Origin: an uncultured Acidimicrobiaceae bacterium
GTDB taxonomy: Bacteria > Actinomycetota > Acidimicrobiia > Spongiisociales > ZC4RG35
Length of the DNA stretch: 64,000 bases
Assembly: GCA_964474055.1 (NCBI GenBank)
Contig: CAYYRT010000407.1
Coordinates: 1,110 to 65,109 of the forward strand
Reading direction: 5' to 3'
Below the pieces are notes generated by a model that was given only the letters and a program-made list of their open reading frames with translations, did no database searches and was not told where the DNA came from. Below are positions 17,829 through 27,910 of the stretch, one piece after another; the stretch's first letter is position 1; every line of letters begins with the position of its first letter. The position numbers were made by a program, and so were the translations under genes.

Positions 17829-19147
17829 TGCCAATTCGCGACCTGGGGCTTCTCATAACGGTGATGGTCCTGCTGCCGATATGCATCGTGAGGCCATGGA
17901 TTGGGGTGCTGGTCTGGTCCTGGCTCGGTTACATGAACCCGCATCGGCTCACGTGGGGGTTCGCGTATAGCGTTCCATTCTCGATGATGGTGGCGGTACT
18001 GACTTTGGTGGGATGCGTGTTCACGAGCGAGCGGCGGCCGTTCGTGTGGAGCCGCGAGGTGGTCGCCCTCATGACGCTGTGGCTGTGGTTCGGGATCACG
18101 ACGGTGTTCGCGGTCTATCCGGACACGGCCATGGCAAAGTTTGTCGAGTTTTCGAAGATCATGCTGATGGCGGTTCTCGTCGTGCCGCTCTTCCAGGACC
18201 GGCGCAAGCTGAGGATACTGTTTCTGGTCATCGCGGCGTCGCTCGGCTTCTATGGGGTAAAAGGCGGGCTCTTCGTCTTGCAGACGGGCGGAGAATGGCA
18301 AGTGTTGGGTCCGCCCGGTTCGTTTTTCGAGGCGAATACCGAGCTGGCGCTGGTCTTGAACATGGCCCTCCCGTTGTTGTTCTATCTGGCACGGGAGGAG
18401 TCCCACAAGTGGAGAAGACGTGGCTTGTGGGCGTCATTCCTTCTGACGCTACTTGCCATTCCCTTCACGTACTCGAGAGGTGGCGTGCTGGGCCTGGCGG
18501 TGGTCGTCACGATCCTGTTTTTGAGGGTGCGTCGACGCCTGGTCTGGATCCCAATCATCGCCGTCGGCCTGTTGGCGTTCGCGATCTTTACGCCCGAGAA
18601 ATGGGTGAGTCGAGTCCAGACCATCGAAGAGTACGAGGTTGACGAGTCCGCTCAGCTCAGGTTCATGTCATGGCGAGTGGCGATGATGATCGCAGCGGAC
18701 CGCCCCGTGCTAGGAGGGGGGTTCAAGGTCTTCACGGACCGCGCCACTTATGACATCTATCTTCCCGGATATCCGCGCGCGTTTGGCCACGATGCGCACA
18801 GTATCTACTTCAATCTGCTGGGTGAACACGGCTGGGTCGGGCTCGGGTTGTTCCTACTCCTGGTCGGATTCTCGATGTTGACCCTCCTCAGGATTCGGCG
18901 GCTGGCCAAGGCAAACCCCGAAGTGGCGTGGGCGGGCAACTATGCACATATGGTCCAGGCGAGCCTCGCGGCCTACCTGGTGACGGGAGCATTCATAAGC
19001 GTGGCATATTTCGATCTTGCGTATCAGCTTCTGGTGATGATTCCGGTTCTTCACGTGGTAGCAGTTCGGGAGGTCGCGGCCCGGCAGAGCGCGCCGGTTG
19101 CGCCTCCATTGCCAGGCGCGGCTCGCATTCCCGCAAGAGCCAAGTGA
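17828..19147 (+). CDS. O-antigen ligase / Wzy_C-domain membrane protein (putative polymerase or O-glycosylation ligase, exosortase-system type).
   Basis: About 11 TM helices, a periplasmic-loop block ..FTYSRGGVLGLAVVV.. and a C-terminal region typical of Wzy_C/RfaL-like proteins. Confidence 0.7.
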   Translation: MPIRDLGLLITVMVLLPICIVRPWIGVLVWSWLGYMNPHRLTWGFAYSVPFSMMVAVLTLVGCVFTSERRPFVWSREVVALMTLWLWFGITTVFAVYPDTAMAKFVEFSKIMLMAVLVVPLFQDRRKLRILFLVIAASLGFYGVKGGLFVLQTGGEWQVLGPPGSFFEANTELALVLNMALPLLFYLAREESHKWRRRGLWASFLLTLLAIPFTYSRGGVLGLAVVVTILFLRVRRRLVWIPIIAVGLLAFAIFTPEKWVSRVQTIEEYEVDESAQLRFMSWRVAMMIAADRPVLGGGFKVFTDRATYDIYLPGYPRAFGHDAHSIYFNLLGEHGWVGLGLFLLLVGFSMLTLLRIRRLAKANPEVAWAGNYAHMVQASLAAYLVTGAFISVAYFDLAYQLLVMIPVLHVVAVREVAARQSAPVAPPLPGAARIPARAK

Positions 19148-19148
19148 G

Positions 19149-21020
19149 ATGTGCGGCATCGCCGGTCTGCTCCGGTTGGATGGCGCCCCGGTGGACCCGG
19201 CGATTGTTCGGCGCATGACCGACATTCTGGCCCACCGCGGTCCGGACGGTGAGGGATTCCACGTGGACGGACCGGTGGGGCTCGGCCACCGGCGTCTCGC
19301 GATCATCGACCTGGCGGGGGGCCGTCAGCCGATGGCCACCGCCGATGGAGCGATCTGGATCACGTACAATGGCGAGATCTACAACTACCGCGAGATCCGG
19401 CGAGAGCTGGGCGGTCTCGGCTTCGATCTCCGCTCCGCCTCGGATACCGAGGTCATCCTCGCGGCCTACGAGGCCTGGGGAGTGGGGTGTCTGGGTCGCC
19501 TGCGGGGGATGTTCGCCTTCGCTATCTGGGATGGGCGGCGGCGGCGGATCTTCATGGCGCGGGATCGGGTCGGCATCAAGCCGCTGGTTTACGCCTGGGA
19601 TGGCCGGTGCCTGCGGTTCGCCTCGGAGATCAAAGCTCTTCTCGAGGATCCCGCCGTTTCCCGTGAGCTCGACTGGGGAGCCGTTCGGGACTATCTTACG
19701 CATCACTACGTCTCCGCGCCTCGGACCATCTTCCGCGGAATACAGAAGCTGCCGCCGGCATCGTATCTGCTCTGCTCGCTTGACGGCAGTGAGCCCAAGG
19801 TTGAGAGCTATTGGGACCTGCACATGGCGCCGGACGCGAGTCTCAGTGAGAGCGACTGGACTGAGCAGCTCGAGTACCTCCTGAACGAGACCGTCCAGCT
19901 CCATATGGTCAGCGACGTTCCGGTGGGTGCCTTCCTCAGCGGTGGGATCGATTCCAGTAGCGTGGTGGCCTGTATGGCCCGCGCATCCGCCGGTCCAGTG
20001 AAGACGTTCTCTATCGGTTTCGACGAGCAGAACTTCGACGAGCTACGGTACGCGCGCCTGGTCGCAAAACGGTACGGAACCGAGCACTTCGAGATGATCG
20101 TGAAGCCCGACGTGATGAGCGTCCTGCCCCGCCTGGCTTGGCAGTTTGACGAGCCATTCAGCGATGCCTCGGCGATCCCAACGTACTGCGTAGCGAAGGT
20201 CACTCAGGAGCATGTAACCGTTGCTCTCTCCGGCGACGGCGGCGATGAGAGCTTCGCCGGATACCGCCGCTATGCCCATGCGTTGGATCTGCATCGCCGG
20301 ATCGACCGGACGCCGGCTTCTCTCGCCAAGCCTCTACTCCGGTGGGCCGCCGCCCGGCGGAGCCCAGGGGCCCGGGGGCGCGAGTTCATGGCGCTGCTCG
20401 GCATGTCGCCACTGGACCGATATCACCGGATGATGACGTATCAGTCGGAGGAAACGCTGGCGGCCCTGTTGACGCCCGAAGCCACCGCAAACGTGGTGCT
20501 CGACGCGGGGTCGACGGGATTCGGGCGCCTGGCGGCCGCGGCGGGCACCGACGACTACCTTTCGATGCTTCAGTACATAGACGTCCACCACTACTTGCCC
20601 GGGGACATCCTGACCAAGGTGGACCGGACGAGCATGCTCACATCGCTCGAGGCCCGAGTGCCGCTGCTCGACCACGTGCTCATGGAACACGCGGCCCGTA
20701 TGCCCTCCGACGCCAAGCTCCGAGATGGGATGGGGAAGCACGTCCTGAAAGAAGCGATGCGACCTCACCTGCCGGCGGAGATCCTGGACCGTCAGAAGAT
20801 GGGGTTTGGTGTGCCTCTGGCTACGTGGTTCCGAAAGGACCTGAAGGACTTCGCGCGTGACCTTCTGGCGGATCACCGAACCCGACAACGAGGGATCCTG
20901 CGGCCCGACACCGTGAGTCACTTGTTGGATATACACATCACCGGGAACCGTGACTACTCGTCTCAGCTGTGGTCCTTCATCTGCCTCGAGCTCTGGTTTC
21001 GTACGTGGTGGGACAAGTAA
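19149..21020 (+). CDS. asnB: Asparagine synthetase (glutamine-hydrolysing) family amidotransferase.
   Basis: MCGIAG N-terminus, HRGPDGEG, RLAIIDL, YNGEIYNY and PP-loop AFLSGGIDSS. Confidence 0.85.
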   Translation: MCGIAGLLRLDGAPVDPAIVRRMTDILAHRGPDGEGFHVDGPVGLGHRRLAIIDLAGGRQPMATADGAIWITYNGEIYNYREIRRELGGLGFDLRSASDTEVILAAYEAWGVGCLGRLRGMFAFAIWDGRRRRIFMARDRVGIKPLVYAWDGRCLRFASEIKALLEDPAVSRELDWGAVRDYLTHHYVSAPRTIFRGIQKLPPASYLLCSLDGSEPKVESYWDLHMAPDASLSESDWTEQLEYLLNETVQLHMVSDVPVGAFLSGGIDSSSVVACMARASAGPVKTFSIGFDEQNFDELRYARLVAKRYGTEHFEMIVKPDVMSVLPRLAWQFDEPFSDASAIPTYCVAKVTQEHVTVALSGDGGDESFAGYRRYAHALDLHRRIDRTPASLAKPLLRWAAARRSPGARGREFMALLGMSPLDRYHRMMTYQSEETLAALLTPEATANVVLDAGSTGFGRLAAAAGTDDYLSMLQYIDVHHYLPGDILTKVDRTSMLTSLEARVPLLDHVLMEHAARMPSDAKLRDGMGKHVLKEAMRPHLPAEILDRQKMGFGVPLATWFRKDLKDFARDLLADHRTRQRGILRPDTVSHLLDIHITGNRDYSSQLWSFICLELWFRTWWDK

Positions 21021-21022
21021 GC

Positions 21023-22150
21023 ATGGGTCCGGTCGTCGCCCATGTAGTGCATTCCCTGGACGTCGGTGGCCTCGAGAACGGCGTGGTGAACCTCGTCAAC
21101 ACAGCGGGCCTCCGCTTTCGGCACGTCATCGTGTGCATGACCACTGCCGGCCCATTGCGGGATCGGCTTGACCCCGGCGTCGAGGTGGTGACGGTCGGCA
21201 AGCGTCCCGGGCAGGACTTGGCCGCCGTCGTTCGCCTGATACGCTTGCTGCGCGCGGTCCGCCCTGCCATCGTCCACTCACGCAACTGGGCGGCCCTCGA
21301 TGCCGTCCCGTCCGCCCGGCTGGCCGGGGTTCGCGTGATCGTCCACGGTGAGCACGGGCGAGAGGCCACGGACCCCGAAGGGCGTAGCGAGCGCCGGAAC
21401 CGCATCCGCCGTCTTATTCATCCGCTGGTAAGCCAGTTCGTTACGGTCTCCCGCGACCTCGAGCGTTGGTTGATCGAGGACGTCCGTCTGCCGGACCGGA
21501 AGGTCACGGCGATCCCGAACGGGGTGGACGTGACGCGGTTCGGTTGCCCCGATCGCCGGGCGGCTCGGCGATCGCTGGGCCTGCCGGACGATAGCCTCGT
21601 TCTAGGCACGGTGGGCCGCCTGGACCCGGTGAAGGACCAGGCTGGCCTGCTGCGTGCGTTCGCCGATCTGCTGCCCGCGCATCCGGAGGCGTGGCTCATC
21701 GTGGCCGGAAACGGCCCCTGCCGCGAGAACCTGCACGGGCTGGCGGCCAGCCTCCGAATCTCCGAGCGGGTGCGATTTCTTGGCGAGCGCCCGGACGTGC
21801 CTGTTGTGCTGGCTGCCATGAACCTCTTCGTGCTGCCCTCGATCGCGGAGGGTATGTCCAACACGCTGCTGGAGGCCATGGCGAGCGGCCTTCCGGTGGT
21901 GGCCACCCGGGTCGGCGGCAATCCCGAGCTGATAGAGGAAGGCGTTAACGGCCGGCTGGTCCCCGCCCAGGACTCGGGTGCTCTCACTGCCGCCATCGCA
22001 GGCTATCTCGACGATCCCCACCTCCGCGCCCTTCACGGCAAGGCTTCGCGCGAGCGGGTGGCGAGCTCCTTCAGCCTCGAGCGCATGACTGAGGCCTACG
22101 TGAATCTGTACGGCCGGCTTCTGGCCCGCCGGGGCTGGACCGGAGTCTGA
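21023..22150 (+). CDS. Glycosyltransferase family 4 (second PEP-CTERM/EpsH1-associated sugar-transferase type).
   Basis: N-terminus MGPVVAHVVHSLDVGGLENGVVNLVN. GT4 C-terminal domain with EGMSNTLLEAMASGLPVVAT. Confidence 0.8.
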   Translation: MGPVVAHVVHSLDVGGLENGVVNLVNTAGLRFRHVIVCMTTAGPLRDRLDPGVEVVTVGKRPGQDLAAVVRLIRLLRAVRPAIVHSRNWAALDAVPSARLAGVRVIVHGEHGREATDPEGRSERRNRIRRLIHPLVSQFVTVSRDLERWLIEDVRLPDRKVTAIPNGVDVTRFGCPDRRAARRSLGLPDDSLVLGTVGRLDPVKDQAGLLRAFADLLPAHPEAWLIVAGNGPCRENLHGLAASLRISERVRFLGERPDVPVVLAAMNLFVLPSIAEGMSNTLLEAMASGLPVVATRVGGNPELIEEGVNGRLVPAQDSGALTAAIAGYLDDPHLRALHGKASRERVASSFSLERMTEAYVNLYGRLLARRGWTGV

Positions 22151-22151
22151 C

Positions 22152-24074
22152 GTGTGCGGCATCAACGGCGTTGTCTACACGGATCCGCGCCATCCCGTGG
22201 ATCGCGCCCTGCTACGTCGTCTCACCACGACGCTGGCCCACCGGGGACCGGATGCCGACGGCTTCTTCTGGGAAGAAGGCGCCGCCCTGGGCCACCGTCG
22301 GCTCAGTATCATCGACCTCTCCACTGGCGATCAGCCAATCTTCAACGAGGACGGCACCAAGGCGGTGGTCTTCAACGGCGAGATCTACAACTTCCACGAG
22401 CTGCGAGCCGATCTCACCGCGCTTGGCCATCGCTTCGCTACGGCTTCCGACACCGAAGTGCTCGTCCACGCCTGGGAGGAGTGGGGCGACGGGTTCGTGG
22501 CCCGGCTGCGAGGTATGTTCGCTTTCGCCCTCTGGGATCGCCGCCACCGCCGGCTCCTCCTGGCCCGCGACCGGGTGGGCAAGAAGCCGCTCTACTACAT
22601 CCACGATGAGGAGAGGCTGCTCTTCGGCTCGGAGTTGAAGGCCCTTCTCGGCGATCCGTCGGTGAAGCGAGCCGTCAATCTGGAGGTGCTGGACGACTAC
22701 CTCACCTTTGGCGCGGTGCCGGCCCCGCGCACGATCTACCAAGGTATCCAGCAGATCCTGCCGGCGCACTACCTGGTCTGGGAAGGTGGGCGGGTCCGCA
22801 CGACTGAGTACTGGGATCTCACGTATCGCTCCGGCCCGGCGCGCGGGGAAGCGGCCTGGTTGGAGGAGTTCGAGGACATCTTCAGCGAGGCGGTGCGGCT
22901 TCGCATGATTTCAGATGTACCGCTGGGCGCCTTTCTCTCCGGTGGCGTGGACTCGAGCGCGGTGGTGGCAGCGATGGCCGCCCAGGCCTCGCGGCCGGTC
23001 ATCACGACGAACGTCTCCTTCGCCGAAAGCGCCTTCGACGAGGCGTCCCACGCCCGGACCGTGGCCCGCGCGCTGAATACCGAGCACCATGAGCTCCTTG
23101 TCGAGCCGCGGGGCGCGGACATTCTTCCTGCACTGGTCTGGCATCTCGACGAGCCCTTTGCCGACTCCTCGGCGATGCCGACGTACTACGTCGCCCGCGC
23201 AGCTCGGCAGCGCGTGACGGTGGCCCTGTCTGGTGACGGTGGGGACGAGATCTTCGCAGGCTACCAGTGGCGCTACGGCTTGAACCTGGTCGAAGCGCGC
23301 CTCAGGCGGCTGATCCCGGGCCCGGTCCGCCGCAACCTGCTGGGTCCGCTCTCTACGGTGTGGCCCAAGGCGGACCGTCTGCCGCGCCCGCTGCGGTGGA
23401 AGTTCCTCCTGCGGAACCTAAGCCTCGAGGCCGAGCACGCCTACTTCCATGATATGAGCCTCTTCACGGCCGCCGATAAGCGGGGACTCTTGACCGATGG
23501 GTTCCAGCGCACGCTCAACGGTTACGATCCCTATCCCGCCTTCCAGAGACACTTTGACCGAGTACGCGGCGCCGATCACCTCAGCCGGCTTCTCTACGTG
23601 GATCTCAAGACCTGGCTGCCCAACGACATCCTGGTTAAGATGGATCGAATGGCTATGGCCAACTCCCTCGAGGTCCGGTCACCGCTCCTCGATCACAAAG
23701 TCATTGAGTTCGCCGCGACCCTGCCCTCGGAGCTCAAGTACCGCGGAACCACCTCGAAGTACTTGCTCAAGCGCTACACCGAGCGGCGGGTCCCGGCCTC
23801 GGCCGTCCACCGTCCGAAGATGGGCTTCTCCATACCGCTAGCGACCTGGCTGAGGCGCGAGCTACGTCCGACGGCGGAGCAGTTACTCCTCTCCGAGCGC
23901 GCGCTCGAGCGGGGCTATTTCCGACCGGCTCAGATCGGAGCGATGTGGGCGCGTCATCAGGACGGTAGCCACGACCACTCGCACCATCTGTGGGCGCTGA
24001 TGATGCTCGAGCTGTGGCACCGGCTCTTTGTCGATCAAGCGCCAACTCTGACCGCGCCGGATGCTGCGCGATGA
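22152..24074 (+). CDS. asnB: Asparagine synthetase (glutamine-hydrolysing) family amidotransferase.
   Basis: GTG start then CGINGVV, HRGPDADG, RLSIIDL, FNGEIYNF, PP-loop AFLSGGVDSS. Confidence 0.85.
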   Translation: MCGINGVVYTDPRHPVDRALLRRLTTTLAHRGPDADGFFWEEGAALGHRRLSIIDLSTGDQPIFNEDGTKAVVFNGEIYNFHELRADLTALGHRFATASDTEVLVHAWEEWGDGFVARLRGMFAFALWDRRHRRLLLARDRVGKKPLYYIHDEERLLFGSELKALLGDPSVKRAVNLEVLDDYLTFGAVPAPRTIYQGIQQILPAHYLVWEGGRVRTTEYWDLTYRSGPARGEAAWLEEFEDIFSEAVRLRMISDVPLGAFLSGGVDSSAVVAAMAAQASRPVITTNVSFAESAFDEASHARTVARALNTEHHELLVEPRGADILPALVWHLDEPFADSSAMPTYYVARAARQRVTVALSGDGGDEIFAGYQWRYGLNLVEARLRRLIPGPVRRNLLGPLSTVWPKADRLPRPLRWKFLLRNLSLEAEHAYFHDMSLFTAADKRGLLTDGFQRTLNGYDPYPAFQRHFDRVRGADHLSRLLYVDLKTWLPNDILVKMDRMAMANSLEVRSPLLDHKVIEFAATLPSELKYRGTTSKYLLKRYTERRVPASAVHRPKMGFSIPLATWLRRELRPTAEQLLLSERALERGYFRPAQIGAMWARHQDGSHDHSHHLWALMMLELWHRLFVDQAPTLTAPDAAR

Positions 24075-25261
24075 AGGTGCTTCACGTTCTCGACCACTCC
24101 GTGCCGACCATGAGCGGCTACAGCACACGGAGTTGGAACATCGTCCACTTTCAGCGCGCCCTCGGGCTGGACCCGGTGGTCCTCACCTCACCCAAGCATC
24201 CCGCGCCCGGACCCGAGCGGGACGTGCTCGACGGGATCAACCACTATCGTACGCCGAGGCCGTCCGGGCTGCCGGCCCGGGTACCCTACGCGAGCGAGGT
24301 GGCGCTGATGCTCCGCCTCACTGGCCGGATTGTCAGGGTCGCGCGCGCCGAGGGCGCCCGCATCCTCCACGCGCACTCGCCGGTGCTGAACGGACTGCCG
24401 GCTCTCTGGGCGGCTCGCCGCCTCGGAATTCCCGTGGTGTACGAGGCCCGGGCGTTCTGGGAAGACGCCGCCGTGGATCACGGCACCACGCGCGAGGGAT
24501 CGGCCCGCTACCGGATTACGCGGCGATTGGAGACGGCGCTCTTCCGGCGGGCGGATCGCGTCGTGGTCATCGCGGCCGCCATGCGGGACGAGATCGCCCG
24601 GCGCGGGATCCCGGTCTCCCGCGTCACGGTGGTGCCGAACGGGGTGGACGCCGACCGGTTCCGCCCGCTCCCGCGCAACGAAGCCCTCGGCCGCCGCTTC
24701 GCACTGAACGGTGGTTGCGTCCTGGGTTTCATCGGCTCCTTCTATCGGTACGAGGGCCTGCAGTTCCTCGTGGAGGCCGTGCCCGACCTCCGCCGGCGAC
24801 TCCCCGGAGCGCGTGTGCTTCTGGTGGGAGCGGGCGAAGAAGACGCTTCCCTTCGGGCGCTCGGGACCGAGTTGGGGGACGCCGTGATCTTCGCCGGCCA
24901 GGTGCCTCACGCCGAGATCCAGCAGTATTACTCGCTGATCGATATCTTCGTCTGCCCGCGGCTGCGCATGCGCCTGACCGAGCTGGTTACCCCGCTCAAG
25001 CCTCTCGAGGCGATGGCCATGGGCCAGGCCGTGCTGGCCAGCGACGTGGGCGGGCTTGCGGAGCTCATCGAGGATGGGGTGACCGGCGTGCTGTTTCCCG
25101 CTGAGTCGAGCTCCGGCCTCGTCGCGGCGGCGGGCCGCCTCGGGAGCGATCGTGAGGCACGACTGCGGATGGGCGAGCGGGCCCGGCAGCTGGTGCTCAA
25201 GGAACGGACGTGGCGTCAGGTTGTGGGCCGCTATCTGCCGCTCTACGAGGCCATCCGGTAG
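24071..25261 (+). CDS. Glycosyltransferase family 4 (exosortase-A-system-associated type).
   Basis: N-terminus MKVLHVLDHSVPTMSGYSTRS..LTSPKH is the hallmark of this GT subgroup. C-terminal EAMAMGQAVLASDVGG. ATGA overlap with the upstream gene. Confidence 0.8.
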   Translation: MKVLHVLDHSVPTMSGYSTRSWNIVHFQRALGLDPVVLTSPKHPAPGPERDVLDGINHYRTPRPSGLPARVPYASEVALMLRLTGRIVRVARAEGARILHAHSPVLNGLPALWAARRLGIPVVYEARAFWEDAAVDHGTTREGSARYRITRRLETALFRRADRVVVIAAAMRDEIARRGIPVSRVTVVPNGVDADRFRPLPRNEALGRRFALNGGCVLGFIGSFYRYEGLQFLVEAVPDLRRRLPGARVLLVGAGEEDASLRALGTELGDAVIFAGQVPHAEIQQYYSLIDIFVCPRLRMRLTELVTPLKPLEAMAMGQAVLASDVGGLAELIEDGVTGVLFPAESSSGLVAAAGRLGSDREARLRMGERARQLVLKERTWRQVVGRYLPLYEAIR

Positions 25262-25267
25262 ACGATC

Positions 25268-26503
25268 ATGCGTGTCCTGGTGCTCAGCTCCGTGTTTCCG
25301 AACGCTCGTCAACCCACTCTTGGGGTGTTTGTGCGGGAACGCATGAAGCGTGTAGCCAAGGGGTGCGAGGTGGTGGTCGTGGCCCCGCGGCCGTGGTTCC
25401 CGTTCGACCGCGTGGCTCGGCCGCAGTGGTGCGACATCGCGGCCACCGAAGACCAGGACGGCCTCCGTGTCTACCACCCCCGTGTGCTGTCCGTCCCGGG
25501 TACCCTCAAGTTCCTGGATGGTGTCCTCTACGCGGTGTCGCTGGTCAGGTTCCTATCGAAGCTGAGAAGGCGCTTCCCTTTCGACCTGATCGACGCCCAT
25601 TTCGCATACCCGGACGGGCTGGCGGGAGCACTCCTGGGGCGCGCTTTCCGGTGTCCGGTCGTGATCACCCTCAGGGGTAGCATCGTGCGGCTGTCGACCT
25701 ACCCGTTGCACCGCCCGCAGCTGCGCTTCGCGCTCGGAAGGGCGGCGCGGGTCATTGCGGTCAGCCAGTCGCTCAAAAGCGTGGCCGTAGGACTCGGCAT
25801 CGCTCCGGAGAAGGTCCGCGTCATCGCCAACGGCGTCGACACCGTCCATTTCTATCCTCGGGACCGAGAGGAAGCACGGCGTCATCTTGGTCTGCCGACC
25901 GGCCGGACCATTCTCATCTCGGTGGGCGGCCTGAACGAGGGAAAGGGCCATCACCGTGTGGTCGGGCTGCTCCCGAACCTCCTTCGACAACACCCCGACC
26001 TGCTCTTCGTCATCGTCGGGGGAGATCGTCCCTCAGACACCGTGCGCCCTTTACTCAACCGTCTCGTGCAGCGGGAGGGACTGGCCCGGCACGTCCTCGT
26101 GGCCGGCGAGCGGCCCCACGAGGAGATACCTTTCTGGCTGGCCAGCGCGGACCTGTTGTGCCTGGCGACCCGATCAGAGGGTTGGGCGAATGTCCTCCTG
26201 GAGGCCAGCGCCTGCGGCCGGCCGGCGGTCACGACGCGGGTCGGCGGCAACGCTGAGGTGCTTCCGGACGAGCGGTTTGGCCTCCTGGTTGCTCCGGACG
26301 ACGATCGAGCACTCGAGGAGGCTCTTCTGAGCGCCCTCCGGCGGACGTGGGATGCGGCGGCCATGGTCGCTCACGCGCGCGCTCACTCATGGGATCAGGC
26401 TGCAGGCGCCGTCCTGGAGGAGTTCCGCCGGCTCGTGAACGAGCCGGCACCCACGCCTGCCGTCGAGTCGCCACGGCGCCCCGTGGAGAACGTGGGCTGT
26501 TGA
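25268..26503 (+). CDS. Glycosyltransferase family 4.
   Basis: GT4 N-terminal domain (MRVLVLSSVFPN...) and C-terminal ..GWANVLLEASACGRPAVTTRVGG. Confidence 0.75.
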   Translation: MRVLVLSSVFPNARQPTLGVFVRERMKRVAKGCEVVVVAPRPWFPFDRVARPQWCDIAATEDQDGLRVYHPRVLSVPGTLKFLDGVLYAVSLVRFLSKLRRRFPFDLIDAHFAYPDGLAGALLGRAFRCPVVITLRGSIVRLSTYPLHRPQLRFALGRAARVIAVSQSLKSVAVGLGIAPEKVRVIANGVDTVHFYPRDREEARRHLGLPTGRTILISVGGLNEGKGHHRVVGLLPNLLRQHPDLLFVIVGGDRPSDTVRPLLNRLVQREGLARHVLVAGERPHEEIPFWLASADLLCLATRSEGWANVLLEASACGRPAVTTRVGGNAEVLPDERFGLLVAPDDDRALEEALLSALRRTWDAAAMVAHARAHSWDQAAGAVLEEFRRLVNEPAPTPAVESPRRPVENVGC

Positions 26504-27906
26504 TGCACCCTCTCCTCGTCCGTCACATCGTTCTTCCACTTCACGAGCGGCTCAAGCGGACGCCCACATTCGCATGGCTGAAGAGGCTCGAGAGGAGCCA
26601 GTGGCTCGACCGCGACCGGCTCCTCGATCTCCAGTTCGCCCGCCTGCAGGAGCACGTCCGGTTCGCCTACGAGCACACCGTCTACTACCGCCAGTTGCTG
26701 GACGAGCGCGAGCTCCCTCCTCACCGCATCCAGTCGCCGGACGATTTCCGTCGCATTCCGCCGCTGACGCGAGAGCTGATTCGGCGGAACTTCTCGGATC
26801 TCCAGGCGCGCGGCGCGCGGCTCGGGCGCGTGCAGCGGATCTCGACGGGCGGTTCCACCGGTGCCCCCATCACCCTGCTAGTGGATATGAGCGTCGGGAT
26901 CGACATCGCGGTGCGCCACCGGGCCCACCGCTGGTTCCAGGCCGAGCCGGGAGCGCGCGAGATTGTGCTGTGGGGATCGCCGATCGAGCTGGGCCGCCAG
27001 GACCGGGTCCGATCCTTCCGCGACTGGCTCTTGAACTCCCGGCTCCTGTCCGCGTTCGACCTCGGCGAGCCCGCGTTGGGCCGCTACGCGGAGGTGGTCG
27101 AACGACACCGACCCGAGGTCATGTACGGGTACGCGAGCGCGATATACCTCCTGGCCCGATACCTCGAGCGCCAAGGCTGGCATCCCACCTGGAAGCTCAA
27201 GGCAATCTTCACGACGGCCGAACCGCTGCTGGACTTCCAGCGCCACACCATCCAGTCGGTGTTCCGCTGCCCCGTGGCGGTCGAGTACGGCGCCCGGGAC
27301 GCCGGCCACCTGGCGGACGAGTGTCCGATGGGTAGTCTGCACATTCCGGCAGAATGCACACTGCTCGAGACGGAGGGGCGCACCGCCGACGGCCTGGGCG
27401 AGATCCTTGTCACAAACCTCTATTCACCAGCGATGCCTATCATCCGCTACCGCACCGGTGACATGGGCGAGATGGCCGACGGGCCCTGCCGCTGTGGCCG
27501 CTCGCTTCCCGTGCTCAAACGCGTGGAGGGGCGCCGTACCGACTTCCTGATCACGCCGGGGGGACGTGTCATGCATGCGCTCGGGGTCATCTACATCCTG
27601 CGGGAGGTGCAAACCATCAAGGAGTTCCAGGTCGTCCAGGAAGCGCTGGACCGGGTGCGCGTCGACGTCGTTCCCGAGCCAGCCTTCTCGGACCGCGAGC
27701 GAGAAGGCATCGAGCACCGGATCCGGACGCTCCTGGGGGAAGGGGTCGAGGTTCTTGTCCACGTCACCACCGGCATCCCCCACGCTCCCTCGGGGAAGTT
27801 TCGATTCGTGATCTCGCATATCGCCGACGCATACCTCGAGGGGATTCTCGCCGGGGTACCGGCGCCGGCGCAGACCTCGCCCACACCTGGGTCAGTTGGC
27901 AGGTAG
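26503..27906 (+). CDS. CapK / phenylacetate-CoA-ligase-like adenylate-forming enzyme.
   Basis: ..RISTGGSTGAPI.. adenylation core motif, PaaK/CapK-like length and layout. TGATG overlap with the upstream gene. Confidence 0.65.
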   Translation: MHPLLVRHIVLPLHERLKRTPTFAWLKRLERSQWLDRDRLLDLQFARLQEHVRFAYEHTVYYRQLLDERELPPHRIQSPDDFRRIPPLTRELIRRNFSDLQARGARLGRVQRISTGGSTGAPITLLVDMSVGIDIAVRHRAHRWFQAEPGAREIVLWGSPIELGRQDRVRSFRDWLLNSRLLSAFDLGEPALGRYAEVVERHRPEVMYGYASAIYLLARYLERQGWHPTWKLKAIFTTAEPLLDFQRHTIQSVFRCPVAVEYGARDAGHLADECPMGSLHIPAECTLLETEGRTADGLGEILVTNLYSPAMPIIRYRTGDMGEMADGPCRCGRSLPVLKRVEGRRTDFLITPGGRVMHALGVIYILREVQTIKEFQVVQEALDRVRVDVVPEPAFSDREREGIEHRIRTLLGEGVEVLVHVTTGIPHAPSGKFRFVISHIADAYLEGILAGVPAPAQTSPTPGSVGR

Positions 27907-27910
27907 GCGG

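Noticed and set aside
17288-17830. Possibility that the short glmS is a frameshifted gene whose C-terminus continues in another frame downstream.
   Set aside because: None of the three forward frames after 17287 encodes anything resembling the GlmS C-terminal tail. Frame 1 hits a stop within eight codons. Frame 0 encodes a signal-peptide protein.
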